Shown: positions 1 to 9,782, counted from the stretch's first letter. The stretch: DNA of 64,000 bases from a virus (IMGVR_UViG_3300037067_026422), one strand, 5' to 3'. Made by a program: numbers and translations. The notes: generated from the sequence alone by a model not told the origin.

Positions 1-540
1 CCTCATACTGATATCCCATTTATTCACACTTTACATCTATTCCCTGAATAAAACGGGGTACCCAGGTTCTATCTTATATCCTCCCCCATACTGATATCCC
101 CTTATTATAGGGGGTACCCCTCCTTATTTTACATAGTTATATCTTATAGTACCCCTAATCTTCTATGGGGTATCCCTGTACTTATATATAGTATCTATGA
201 AAATTGATACTGTATCACGCACCCGTTACCCCCTCTTCTATCCCAACCAAGGAGAGATATTTGAGTATCACCAAGATCACTTTTGATAAATTACCCAACG
301 AAACACCAGCCCACTTCAAGGGTAGAGTCAAGAGATCCATTGCAAACATACGCAAACACAACCATAAAACCACAATATTAGGCATCTCTAACCTACAAGT
401 AACTATCCAGGCTCCTATGATAGCAATTTCATATGTCATACCCAAGATTATATAGGAACAAAGCCTACTACAGCTTTCCCCCATCCTTTTTCTGATAGAA
501 GGAGAAGGAATCCAGGCTCTATCTTATATCCTTCTCCATT
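1..540. repeat. Cluster of short direct and palindromic repeats in a largely non-coding region
   Basis: CATACTGATATCCC at 4-17 and 87-100; CCAGGYTCTATCTTATATCCT at 62-82 and 512-532; GGGGTACCC at 55-63, palindrome GGGGTACCCC at 111-120, GGGGTATCCC at 167-176. Confidence 0.75.
261..455 (+). CDS. Small hypothetical protein, probable paralog of 9145..9372
   Basis: GGAGAG RBS then TTG at 261; pattern IxFx5Ex4FxxRVxxShxxhR shared with the 9145 ORF. Confidence 0.45.
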   Translation: MSITKITFDKLPNETPAHFKGRVKRSIANIRKHNHKTTILGISNLQVTIQAPMIAISYVIPKII

Positions 541-1430
541 AATACCCAAGCTTCTCATGGAATGATCATGACATGGGAATCGAGCTTCTTCATTAGAACC
601 TCATTTCCATAGGTATGCTGCTGCTATTGCTCTTGGGTAAGCATAGCATACACACGTCAAGCTTCTATATTAGAACCTTATATCCAAGATACACACCAAT
701 CTATCATGAAAAGGATCATCTCATGAGTCAATGGGTATATCATACACACCTTATATTGACAAATACTATATTCATTTTATTGACATTGTATTATTCTTGT
801 CTTGACATTCGATTTCATAAGTCATTGTCTTATAGTGTTATATGAAGACCTTGACGTCGGGACTCGGCGGGTCAGATGCTTGAGGAAGCGCAGACAACCC
901 AACCACCTCCCCCATCCAATCAGCATTCTGATTCAATTATTCATCAATTACTCATCGATTACTCCTCAATTTCATCCCTCTCCTACCAAGACAATTTCCC
1001 CCTAATCTCCCATAAACATCAAGTCTAATCTACCTACAATTCTTCTCATCTTCTCTACTACTCATTCTAATATTTCAATCAATATCTACGGGGGTTTCAT
1101 TAATTTCTCTTTTCATTTCTCTTTCATTTTCCTTTATTCTCTTTCATTAACATACAGTATTAGTATTTAATCAAAGTCTATCTTATCTTTCTCTCTACCT
1201 CTTAATTTCCTGTCATGTACCGTACCTTCTATAATCTTTTCTAATTACTCTCTAATATTAGCATAATCTTTCTAAGATAAAGATAACCTTACTTGTATAT
1301 TCCTTTATTTCCTATAAATTTGAAGATTCTCTTATACCTATCTGTTTTTTACCTGTTCCTTATCAGTATAGGCTGGTTAAACTGACTAAACTGATTAGAG
1401 GGTCATTGTATTATGGGGGGAGGAGTATAT

Positions 1431-1745
1431 ATGTCGTTACCGTTATCATTACCCTTACCGTTACCATGTAACTGTGAGTTGATAGTTAGTTATTGGCAGG
1501 AGTTAGCGATAGTGATATTAGAAGCGGATCAGAGGTCTACTGTAAGATATTATTGTACTATGCGGGTATTAGCTACAGAGGGGTTAGTATTTGGAGACAT
1601 CAATAGAAGAGATCCTTATACTACTTTTATTTTTATAGGGGGGATAAGATCATATCGAATATTTGATATGAGGGATATACCGCTTATTATAAACTGGAAG
1701 TGGATGAGTGAGGCATTTAAGCGTAAGTTTTTATTGGATGGGTGA
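1431..1745 (+). CDS. Hypothetical protein with a divergent C-terminal PLxIN motif
   Basis: GGAGGAG RBS before ATG 1431; ends DMRDIPLIINWKWMSEAFKRKFLLDG. Confidence 0.6.
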   Translation: MSLPLSLPLPLPCNCELIVSYWQELAIVILEADQRSTVRYYCTMRVLATEGLVFGDINRRDPYTTFIFIGGIRSYRIFDMRDIPLIINWKWMSEAFKRKFLLDG

Positions 1746-1775
1746 TCTTCAAAACTTTCATTGTTGATTATACAC

Positions 1776-1801
1776 ATTGGGCTATTGGGCTATTGGGCTA
1801 T
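1776..1801 (+). repeat. Tandem 8-bp repeat (ATTGGGCT)x3 upstream of the ligase
   Basis: Read directly; flanked by two TATACACATT copies. Confidence 0.85.
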
Positions 1802-1825
1802 ATACACATTAAATAAGGGTGGGAT

Positions 1826-2884
1826 ATGATTATCAAATCTGTTGCATTATTTTTCTGTGAGGGTGGATCGGATAAAGAGTATGGGATACAGCTTATACAT
1901 GATACAATTTCGGATACTTATTCTGTGAAGGTGCAGTGGGGGCGTAGAGGTTCTACGTTACAGTCTGGTATGAAGAGTACCGGGGTGAGTTTGAGTGTAG
2001 CAGAGAAGGTCTATGATAAGTTATATGCTGAGAAGGTGGGTAAGGGGTACAAGGAGGGTATTGTTTCTGGTACGGCATATACTCCGGTAGTTTCTGTAGT
2101 TTCTGTTGATATGGGTGAGCGGTTTATTCCTCAGCTTCTCAATTCTATTTCAGGGGATATGCTTGAGCAGTATTTGTGTGATGATGCCTATGGGATGCAG
2201 GAGAAGAAAGACGGGAAGCATGTTATGTCATGTTACCGGGATGGTTGTTTTACCGTTTATAACAAGAAGGGGAAGCAGATAGGTTATCCTTCCTGTTATA
2301 AGGATGCTTTATTTGATTCTTGTGTGCTTGATGGAGAGGCCATCGGGGATGTACTTCATGTTTTTGATCTTCTTGAGTTAGAGGGTCAGGACTTACGGGG
2401 TAAGACTTATGTAGAGCGGTGGCATAAATTAAGTCTTATGAGTTTTGGGGAAGCCATTCATCTTGTTCCTCTTGCTATCGGGTATGCTGCCAAGAAGAAA
2501 TTATATGATGCTCTTGTTGGGGGTCATAAAGAGGGGGTAGTTTTCAAGAAGTTGGCTTCGTTGTATACTCCCGGAAAATCCCACAGTGACATGTTCAAAC
2601 TGAAGTTTTATTCGACTTGTTCGGTGCGGGTATGTGATGGTCGTGTGGGTAAGCATTCGGTGGGGCTTGAGATATTGGATGGTACGAAGTGGGTGGGTGT
2701 CGGGCACGTCACGATAGCTCCTTCGGTTGTTCTTCCTTCAGTGGGTACGGTTATCGAGATCCGCTACCTTTATGCTTATGAAGGTGGGTCATTGTATCAG
2801 CCTACGTATCTTGGTCTTCGTGATGATGTTGATGAAAATGAGTGTGTGATCGGGCAGCTCAAGTATAAGTCTACTGAGGATTGA
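1826..2884 (+). CDS. WGR-domain ATP-dependent DNA ligase
   Basis: N-terminal WGR (SDKEY...VQWGRRG...KVGKGY); ligase motif I EKKDG, LDGEA, FDLL, EGVVFK, KLK; C-terminal OB fold (VIEIRY...P.YLGLRDD). Confidence 0.88.
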   Translation: MIIKSVALFFCEGGSDKEYGIQLIHDTISDTYSVKVQWGRRGSTLQSGMKSTGVSLSVAEKVYDKLYAEKVGKGYKEGIVSGTAYTPVVSVVSVDMGERFIPQLLNSISGDMLEQYLCDDAYGMQEKKDGKHVMSCYRDGCFTVYNKKGKQIGYPSCYKDALFDSCVLDGEAIGDVLHVFDLLELEGQDLRGKTYVERWHKLSLMSFGEAIHLVPLAIGYAAKKKLYDALVGGHKEGVVFKKLASLYTPGKSHSDMFKLKFYSTCSVRVCDGRVGKHSVGLEILDGTKWVGVGHVTIAPSVVLPSVGTVIEIRYLYAYEGGSLYQPTYLGLRDDVDENECVIGQLKYKSTED

Positions 2885-2897
2885 TTGAGGAGGTTCC

Positions 2898-3161
2898 ATG
2901 TCTAAAATTTATGTGGTGATTGAAGCTGACAGGGATGTCAGTATCTATGGGGTATATGATCGGGAAGGCTTCAAGGAGTTCGTCACTGAAATGAAGAAGC
3001 AAGGACGATGGAGTCGTCTATACACCAGAGATGATTCCGGAAAAGAGAGGTTCTGGAAGAGGCAGTGGACGAATCCCATGTGGAGTAGGTTCAAAGTCAT
3101 TTCTTATACTCTCAACAAACAGGATTACGGGATGCAGATTGATTGGTGGAAGTTTCGATAG
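2898..3161 (+). CDS. Hypothetical protein
   Basis: GAGGAGG RBS, 87 aa ORF. Confidence 0.7.
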   Translation: MSKIYVVIEADRDVSIYGVYDREGFKEFVTEMKKQGRWSRLYTRDDSGKERFWKRQWTNPMWSRFKVISYTLNKQDYGMQIDWWKFR

Positions 3162-3318
3162 CTGAGGGGGTTTGATTAGTTATCTATTGTGGAAGTTTAT
3201 CCTGGATTATTTGAACGGTGATAACTGTATGGGGGTATCAGTTACAGACATTAGCAGTCAGGAGTTAGCAGTCAGATAGCTTACTTAATTCTTTTCATTT
3301 TTATGAAGGAGTACATTC

Positions 3319-3819
3319 ATGTATAAGATACTATCATTTATTTTTCTGATTATTTTTATGGTTTCTGCTGATACTACCTACACTACTATCGGGGATGGGA
3401 TCATCAAGTCCTATGACAGATTTGATGACTCATGGATAGATTATTCTTCAGAGCTATTCACCTTGAAAAAATCAGGGGAGCCTGACATATCCTGTAAGCT
3501 TGTCCGTAGGAACAATAGTATGTTTCTATACATCGATACTCATAAGTTATCTCATGGTGTCATTATCAAGTTACTTACCGAAAACAATAAAGTCATCACG
3601 CATCGTTTTGGATTGGATGATAAACTTTTCAAGCTTCATAAGAGAGATATAAAAATCCTTAAAAAATATTTCATTACTTCTATCCGGGTAGTTACTTCTG
3701 ATTATGATATTGATCCTTTGATAAGAACTGATATGTCCCGTGCTTTTATTTCATTGTGTGAAATAGACCGGCATCTGACTATAAAAAAGAGACACATTTT
3801 TAAAAGCAGATCATTATGA
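3319..3819 (+). CDS. Hypothetical protein with N-terminal signal or anchor
   Basis: AAGGAG RBS; hydrophobic N-terminus MYKILSFIFLIIFMVSA. Confidence 0.65.
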   Translation: MYKILSFIFLIIFMVSADTTYTTIGDGIIKSYDRFDDSWIDYSSELFTLKKSGEPDISCKLVRRNNSMFLYIDTHKLSHGVIIKLLTENNKVITHRFGLDDKLFKLHKRDIKILKKYFITSIRVVTSDYDIDPLIRTDMSRAFISLCEIDRHLTIKKRHIFKSRSL

Positions 3820-4034
3820 GTGATGCGAGTGCTGCAAACTATGACAAGCTTCGTTTAGGGGCTACTCTTTCTTCCTTTGATGGGGACAACAACAATCATG
3901 GAGATTGCTTTAATTACGGATCAGTCAGTGGGTGCGATGAGGATTGTCCTGCCATGCTGGATAATCGGTGTGAGATATACACATCTGAATTTGTGGAACG
4001 CATAGGAACTCCATTGGATAAAACAAACACTTAG
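3816..4034 (+). CDS. Small Cys-rich hypothetical protein
   Basis: ATGA overlap; C..GCDEDCP..C. Confidence 0.55.
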   Translation: MSDASAANYDKLRLGATLSSFDGDNNNHGDCFNYGSVSGCDEDCPAMLDNRCEIYTSEFVERIGTPLDKTNT

Positions 4035-4376
4035 CTACAAACTATTATCGGCTTTTTATTAAAAATGTTGGGGTGTCTTATGTTTAATCTTTTTCATTCC
4101 CGTACAGAAAGAGACATAGAAAAGCTCATCACAGCTGCTAAAAGTACAGGCATAAAAATATTGCACATTGATCAGGTCAACGATATCATTACGATCACTG
4201 CCCAAAATGATGATCTTATATGTTTTTCAAAAAGACCACTTCGAAGAAGTATTAAAGCTGCCTTACTATGGATCAAGGACAGGGCAGCCAGTAAGATTTC
4301 TGTCCTATGAAGACCTATACTGATCCATCCATAACACTTTCTTTTATTCAGTGCTTAAAACTGAGGAGGTTTTTAT

Positions 4377-5087
4377 ATGATACGACTTAAGACTTATCCT
4401 GTAGATGAGATCCTTCCGCATATCATACCAGGAGGAAGACTTACTCTTGATGGTGAGACGGTAGGGGTAGGATCACTACGGATGCAGACGTTTGGTACGA
4501 AGGGGATAGTATGCGTAGGGTGTGGTCTTACTGGATCCTTTTTCGCTATGGAGCGTGACAGTGGTTCCCCGACATATCATCTGAATCTCTATGCTTTAGA
4601 TTCTGATGGTCGTGAGATACTTATGACTCATGATCATATACTGGCTCGTGCTGATGGGGGCAAGAATCATCTCTCGAACACACAAACGATGTGTGCCCCC
4701 TGCAACTTCAAGAAAGGTTCGATAGCTCATGATGGTGGTAGTGTCTTCAGTATCGGTGCTATGGAAAGGCTTATACGAAGTACCTATGAGCCTCTCAAGA
4801 AAAATGCCCGAAATCTTATGCGGCTTATGGAGGGGGATGCTGCTATGCTTGTGGCATTTCAATCTTTTCTTTTATCCATGAACAAGGTACAGGGTAAAAC
4901 GATCAAGACATATGCTTTAAATGATGTACCGGAGGGGATAGAATTAGAGGATTTTGATACTCATCATAAGACTTTTATTCCTATCGGAGAAAAGATAGTG
5001 ATAGTAGTGTGTGAGAGTGGCTTTTATATCTACCGAAGGGATACACGTGAACGGTTACATATTTCAGTAGGAAAGGATTTGTCATGA
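4377..5087 (+). CDS. HNH endonuclease-domain protein
   Basis: CVGC ... THDHILARADGGKNHLSNTQTMCAPCNFKKG; GAGGAGG RBS. Confidence 0.85.
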   Translation: MIRLKTYPVDEILPHIIPGGRLTLDGETVGVGSLRMQTFGTKGIVCVGCGLTGSFFAMERDSGSPTYHLNLYALDSDGREILMTHDHILARADGGKNHLSNTQTMCAPCNFKKGSIAHDGGSVFSIGAMERLIRSTYEPLKKNARNLMRLMEGDAAMLVAFQSFLLSMNKVQGKTIKTYALNDVPEGIELEDFDTHHKTFIPIGEKIVIVVCESGFYIYRRDTRERLHISVGKDLS

Positions 5088-5443
5088 AAATAGCATTACG
5101 GTATCACGACAATGATTTCCTCAACACCTTCATGGGAGTGATGAGGACGATACTTATCTTTTACAGGTTTGAGAAGATCTTTCCGTTCACGAAAGAACAG
5201 CTTCTTGATATGATCAACCACATGTCTTATGCTCACTATCGTCTCTATCAAAATAAATATCGGGATGTAGGACATCCCGATACCCATATTGAAACTTATC
5301 TACAGCTACAGATTACCGATGTTCTGATAGGACCTGAAGTGGATGCTTACATTCTTTCATGTAATTCCTGGGACAACTCCGAAACAGTGATCCTTGATAC
5401 CGATCTGGATTACCCCGGCTCCGACCCTATTTATCTTATCTGA
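5084..5443 (+). CDS. Hypothetical protein
   Basis: ATGA overlap with the HNH gene. Confidence 0.65.
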   Translation: MKIALRYHDNDFLNTFMGVMRTILIFYRFEKIFPFTKEQLLDMINHMSYAHYRLYQNKYRDVGHPDTHIETYLQLQITDVLIGPEVDAYILSCNSWDNSETVILDTDLDYPGSDPIYLI

Positions 5444-5496
5444 TCCTGGGTTATCCATGTCTGAACCTGCTTATTATATTATTCTAAAATTTATCC

Positions 5497-5525
5497 TTGA
5501 TGGATTCAATCTAAAAAAGTATATT
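5497..5525 (+). promoter_or_regulatory. sigma70-like promoter TTGATG-17-TATATT with AAAAAAG tract
   Basis: Exact 17-nt spacing; member of the recurrent motif. Confidence 0.75.
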
Positions 5526-5543
5526 ACCAGTATGGGGGTTTTT

Positions 5544-6707
5544 ATGCAGAAGCGATTCATGAATGACTATGCGGATATCCTGCAGGAACAGAGGAATGTA
5601 GAAGCCCTCCGTATGCAACCGGTTACTGCTGCTACCCTCACCGATAAACAACCGGTATCTGTGCTTGCATCTCTCATTAAGATGTGGCCTACCCATGATC
5701 TTCGGTATGAGGTACAGGGGGGGCATCTGGAAGATGCTCTCATGACGGATATGATGAAGAGTATGTTCCTCAAGATTATCCGTACTGATATTAGTACAGG
5801 TATGGTAGAGGGTATGGTGGAGTTTATCAGCAACCTTGATCAAATTGAACGCTATAATACAGCTGTCCAACACCACAACAAAGAATGGATCAATCAGGGT
5901 TCCCCGGTTACTGACTTTGATCCGGTACATGGTGAGATCAGCAGAGTCAAAGATAACTTTGTAGATCCGGTATATCTCCAAGGTACAAACTATTCTCTCC
6001 CCCCCTCGGTATATCGTGATAGCTCTTCGGGGAGTCTTGCTTGTGCGAAGCCTAAGATGCTTCGCAGATCATATGTACGACTCAAGTATCAAATGAGCAT
6101 CCTTGATACCCTGTTTGTGTTGGGGTATGCTGTTTATGATTCTCAGGATCAGATCATATATTACAATGAAGTTTCCCATCACGATCTTGCTTATCTTGTT
6201 CGGAGATCGGTACAGGAGATATGGGGGAATCATACAGTAAAGGGTCAGTATCCTAAAAGGCTTCTTGATGGTATATCATATCTTCTCAATGGGGATAAAA
6301 TACCTATCTGCAAAAGGGATAATAAATTTCCTGAGTTCATAAGAAGTGAAGATACCAAAGTCAAATCTACTAAAACCATACGCAGGATGGAAGAGGATAT
6401 CAGCACTCTTAAGATAGCTATTAGTTCTTCAGCTTATGTGGCACCATTATTTTGTATCTTAGGGTTTATAGGGTGTTTCATTTGGATGGCTTATCTGGTA
6501 GCTTCGGATGATTTCAATCTTCTTATGGGGGACCAAATCTACAGGGGAGGTATACAATCAATTTTTTATCTCGTCGTGGAGGTCATACTTAAACCCCCCA
6601 TGATGGGATGTATCTTACTTTTGATTCTGACGATATTTTTCAGGAAGTTGTCTCAGCAAACTGAAAGAAAAGTATCTGAGCTTACTGCTCAGAAAAAATT
6701 CATATAA
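5544..6707 (+). CDS. Hypothetical protein with two C-terminal TM helices
   Basis: Start moved downstream of the promoter; hydrophobic segments PLFCILGFIGCFIWMAYLV and MMGCILLLILTIFF. Confidence 0.7.
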   Translation: MQKRFMNDYADILQEQRNVEALRMQPVTAATLTDKQPVSVLASLIKMWPTHDLRYEVQGGHLEDALMTDMMKSMFLKIIRTDISTGMVEGMVEFISNLDQIERYNTAVQHHNKEWINQGSPVTDFDPVHGEISRVKDNFVDPVYLQGTNYSLPPSVYRDSSSGSLACAKPKMLRRSYVRLKYQMSILDTLFVLGYAVYDSQDQIIYYNEVSHHDLAYLVRRSVQEIWGNHTVKGQYPKRLLDGISYLLNGDKIPICKRDNKFPEFIRSEDTKVKSTKTIRRMEEDISTLKIAISSSAYVAPLFCILGFIGCFIWMAYLVASDDFNLLMGDQIYRGGIQSIFYLVVEVILKPPMMGCILLLILTIFFRKLSQQTERKVSELTAQKKFI

Positions 6708-6727
6708 CCAACTAAAAAGGATGTACT

Positions 6728-7033
6728 ATGATCAAGATACTTGAAGCGTTATTAGAGCACTTTGCTTCTCACCCATACACTCTGGATGAGAACTATTTTA
6801 TCAGGACTGTCACGCATCACTACACGGGAAAGCTGGTCCGGATTTTTAAAGATGAGCTCGTACTTAAAAATGCTTGCTGGATCCCGGATGATGGGCGGTT
6901 TGCTGATGCTCTCAAAACAGGAAACTTTAATGAAGTAGAACCCTATCCGGTTGAGAACCCAATAATATTAGGCAGGGGTGCAATCATTGATGCACAGATA
7001 TTTAATCATCCACTACCTGAGAAACAAAAATGA
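6728..7033 (+). CDS. Small beta-barrel (Sm/SH3-like, DUF6948-resembling) phage protein
   Basis: YFIRTVTHHYTGKLVRIFKDELVLKNACWIPDDGRF...EVEP...GRGAIIDA; family recognised from memory. Confidence 0.6.
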   Translation: MIKILEALLEHFASHPYTLDENYFIRTVTHHYTGKLVRIFKDELVLKNACWIPDDGRFADALKTGNFNEVEPYPVENPIILGRGAIIDAQIFNHPLPEKQK

Positions 7034-7266
7034 GCTATCACATCCAATACCTTAACTATTTAAAAGCTAATGGTATAATAATAGAGTCCCATGATAGATT
7101 AATATTGGATGATGGGACTCTATTTAAAAGCTTATTTCCTCAAATAATAAATAATCTGATATTTAATCAGAAGATGTATATTAAGCAAGCTCCTTTGCTA
7201 TTAGCTTCTAATAATCAGCTGCTAGCTCTGACCTGTTCTTTTTGCCTTGAAAATCCCATAGAATGA
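7030..7266 (+). CDS. Hypothetical protein, possible divergent PLYIN-family member
   Basis: ATGA overlap; LIF...IKQAPLLL motif. Confidence 0.5.
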   Translation: MSYHIQYLNYLKANGIIIESHDRLILDDGTLFKSLFPQIINNLIFNQKMYIKQAPLLLASNNQLLALTCSFCLENPIE

Positions 7267-7281
7267 GAGGCATAATTTTAT

Positions 7282-7536
7282 ATGAACCAAGTCATTATTA
7301 GAATAGGTTATGAAAATAGCAGGAGCTGTAGTGGTAGCAGAAGCTGTAGCAGTAGCAGGAGCAGTAGCTGGAGCAGTAGCTGTAGCAGGAGTGGTAACAG
7401 GAGTGGTAGCAGTAGCAGTAGCAGAAGCTGTAGCTGGAGTGGGAGCAGTAGCTGTAGTGGTAGCTGTAGTGGTAGCTGTAGTGCTAGCTGTAGTGGTAGC
7501 CGTAATGGTAGCTATAGCAGTAGCAGGAGTAATTGA
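7282..7536 (+). CDS. (X-Ser)n low-complexity peptide, copy 1 (leader MNQVIIRIGYENS)
   Basis: GAGAGG RBS; 84 aa; hexamer repeats of X codon + AGY. Confidence 0.7.
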   Translation: MNQVIIRIGYENSRSCSGSRSCSSSRSSSWSSSCSRSGNRSGSSSSSRSCSWSGSSSCSGSCSGSCSASCSGSRNGSYSSSRSN

Positions 7537-7537
7537 T

Positions 7538-7792
7538 ATGAATCAAGCCATTATTAGAACAGGTTATGAAAATAGCAGAAGCTGTGGCGGGAGTGGTAGC
7601 AGAAGCTGTAGCAGAAGCAGTAGTGGTAGCTGTAGCAGTAGTGGTAGCTGTAGCAGGAGTGGTAGCAGAAGCAGGAGTGGTAGCTGGAGCTATAGCAGAA
7701 GCAGGAGTGGTAGCAGGAGCTGTAGCAGGAGCTGTAGCAGGAGCGGTAGCTGGATCGGTAGCAGTAGCTATAGTGGTAGCTGTAGTAATTGA
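7538..7792 (+). CDS. (X-Ser)n low-complexity peptide, copy 2 (leader MNQAIIRTGYENS)
   Basis: Tandem 256-bp duplication of copy 1; same 84 aa length; AGGAG upstream. Confidence 0.7.
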   Translation: MNQAIIRTGYENSRSCGGSGSRSCSRSSSGSCSSSGSCSRSGSRSRSGSWSYSRSRSGSRSCSRSCSRSGSWIGSSSYSGSCSN

Positions 7793-7832
7793 TATGATTT
7801 TATCCATTATTTAAAACAGGAGTGAAAGTATT

Positions 7833-8501
7833 ATGGCAGTTAAAAAGCACACAACCTTTGAAGTCAAACAAGCATCTGGTAAACTTGCTCAGGATTCTCG
7901 TGGTATAGATGTAACGGACGAGACCATCACTGTCAACAAGGCATCATATAATATCGGTGAGGCTCTTACCGCATACATCAATGCTGCTGCCCTGGAAAAA
8001 TCCAACAAGGATGAAAAGGATAAACAGGCGGACATCCTTCGGGCATTCGCAAAAAATGTCCGGGATTTTTTCTCCGGAAAAAACGAATACATCAAAACCT
8101 TCAGACTCATTGGTAAGAAGGTCGGTAAACTTCAACAAGCTGCTGATGTCGCCCATCAGGATCGGTTCTCCTTCTCCAATAACAAAGAAGACAGATCCCA
8201 ACTTAAAAAGGAACTGGAAACTTACTTCCCACAGATCTTTGAAGAAGTTACTACCATCGCCATCAAAGATACTGTCATGAAAAATGACGCAAAACGAAAA
8301 GAACTTACCAAGAAACTCATCGCTGCTCTTGGTGAGGATGGCGTAAAAGAATACTTTGATCGTTCGGTAGATTTCGATATCAAAGCTGGTCTCGCAGAAA
8401 AACTTCATAAGTTCCCGAAGAATATTCAGGTCATTCTTGATACCAAACTAAAGCAGTCTGCTGACCAGGTTAAAGATCAGTCATATATTGAAGTCGATTA
8501 A
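7833..8501 (+). CDS. Hypothetical charged helical protein
   Basis: AGGAG RBS; 222 aa; followed by a terminator. Confidence 0.75.
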   Translation: MAVKKHTTFEVKQASGKLAQDSRGIDVTDETITVNKASYNIGEALTAYINAAALEKSNKDEKDKQADILRAFAKNVRDFFSGKNEYIKTFRLIGKKVGKLQQAADVAHQDRFSFSNNKEDRSQLKKELETYFPQIFEEVTTIAIKDTVMKNDAKRKELTKKLIAALGEDGVKEYFDRSVDFDIKAGLAEKLHKFPKNIQVILDTKLKQSADQVKDQSYIEVD

Positions 8502-8527
8502 GCTTTCATCACTTGTGCAAGTACTAC

Positions 8528-8560
8528 AAGGGGCAGAGGATAATCTGTCCCTTTTTATTT
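8528..8560 (+). terminator. Rho-independent terminator
   Basis: AAGGGGCAGA-GGATAA-TCTGTCCCTT followed by a T tract. Confidence 0.8.
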
Positions 8561-8580
8561 ATCCCAGGAGACTTTAAATT

Positions 8581-8826
8581 ATGCCTGCCTATACCATAAA
8601 AGATATGAAGACTTTGGCTTCCATGTCAGCAGATGGTTCCATAGCGAGTGTCTACCTGCCGGATGTGCAATACTCCCCCAGAAAGTTTAAAGATTTTCTG
8701 CTATCAAAGGGTCTCAGGAAAGATGTTAACCTGCTCTTCGATATCCCACTCAAACAGGTAGCTCTTCTCATCAACAAAGGGGAGGTATCCGGATATGTGA
8801 AGTTCAGATTTCAGATAGGCAAATAA
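8581..8826 (+). CDS. PLYIN/WRLxIGK family protein (variant)
   Basis: AYTIKD start; FDIPLKQVALLIN...FRFQIGK end. Confidence 0.75.
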   Translation: MPAYTIKDMKTLASMSADGSIASVYLPDVQYSPRKFKDFLLSKGLRKDVNLLFDIPLKQVALLINKGEVSGYVKFRFQIGK

Positions 8827-8838
8827 AGGACCCACCCT

Positions 8839-9111
8839 ATGAATGAATACACCAAAGAAGATTATACGATTCTTCTCACTATTCTAAAGGATGCTTATAG
8901 AAGTACAGTACGACTAACCAATCAACCTAATCTTATTACATATCTCAACAAGATTATTCTAACCGGATTTCAGGCGCAATCCGGATATCTTAATGCATCT
9001 ACTACCAGACTTATATATCGGGCACCTCTTAACAGAATGCCTACTTTGATCAATGCTCAAAAGACTACCACGAAACTCATTGCCTCATGGAGACTCCAAA
9101 TCGGTAAATGA
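8839..9111 (+). CDS. PLYIN/WRLxIGK family protein
   Basis: EYTKED start; PLNRMPTLIN...IASWRLQIGK end. Confidence 0.8.
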   Translation: MNEYTKEDYTILLTILKDAYRSTVRLTNQPNLITYLNKIILTGFQAQSGYLNASTTRLIYRAPLNRMPTLINAQKTTTKLIASWRLQIGK

Positions 9112-9144
9112 GTTTCTATCATACAACCTGAAAGGATCTCGATC

Positions 9145-9372
9145 ATGAAACGTACCATCAAATTCGTCAGACAGACTACTGAAGATTCAAGTCAGTTCAT
9201 AGCCAGAGTCTTTACTTCACTTAATGACCTTCGTCAGAAATCCTGTACCTTCAACTCCCTGTCGATATCTGTTGAAAGTATTACCGAAGATCCTCTGGCT
9301 CTTATTTATCTTGTTACACCTGATAAAACTTGTAATGCTCTCACCAAGACTCCTGAAAAACTTTCTACTTGA
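9145..9372 (+). CDS. Small hypothetical protein, probable paralog of 261..455
   Basis: AAGGA RBS; shared pattern. Confidence 0.55.
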   Translation: MKRTIKFVRQTTEDSSQFIARVFTSLNDLRQKSCTFNSLSISVESITEDPLALIYLVTPDKTCNALTKTPEKLST

Positions 9373-9377
9373 TTATT

Positions 9378-9406
9378 TTGTAGGATTCATTCTAAAATAG
9401 TATATT
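9378..9406 (+). promoter_or_regulatory. sigma70-like promoter TTGTAG-17-TATATT
   Basis: Exact 17-nt spacing, intergenic. Confidence 0.7.
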
Positions 9407-9441
9407 CCCATAAACTTTGTATGTTATAGGATTGGAGGTCT

Positions 9442-9762
9442 ATGTTATCTACCCCATCATCAGTACGATATACAGTAGAAGATTTAGTAATATTGAGGGA
9501 CGGGCTTACCTGTATCCTGAAAGAACATCCAGCAAATGAAGTGATCAAAAAAGTCAAATCGGCACTGGATGTGATCATCCAGAAGAGGGCCCCGGAACAT
9601 GCCAAGAAATATATCTGTACGGATGACTGTGCAAATTATACCGGAGAAGGCTACAACGCTTCCATCTATGAAGCTCCTCTCTCTTCTCTTCCTAAGATGA
9701 GAATATATGCAGGGTATCTTGGTAAGGCAATAGTGGATTGGCGACTACTACTTAATAAATAA
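9442..9762 (+). CDS. PLYIN/WRLxIGK family protein
   Basis: RYTVEDL; IYEAPLSSLP...IVDWRLLLNK. Confidence 0.75.
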   Translation: MLSTPSSVRYTVEDLVILRDGLTCILKEHPANEVIKKVKSALDVIIQKRAPEHAKKYICTDDCANYTGEGYNASIYEAPLSSLPKMRIYAGYLGKAIVDWRLLLNK

Positions 9763-9782
9763 CCTCTTTCATAAGGAATCTT

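Noticed and set aside
615-1005. ORFs 615..845 and 802..1005
   Set aside because: No RBS or motifs; low-complexity skewed region likely non-coding
7310-7814. Hydrophobic Val/Ala/Gly ORFs (7310, 7566, 12742) and the minus-strand Thr/Ala/Pro ORF over the repeats
   Set aside because: Stop-free shadow frames of the hexamer repeat; the RBS and conserved leader support the X-Ser frame
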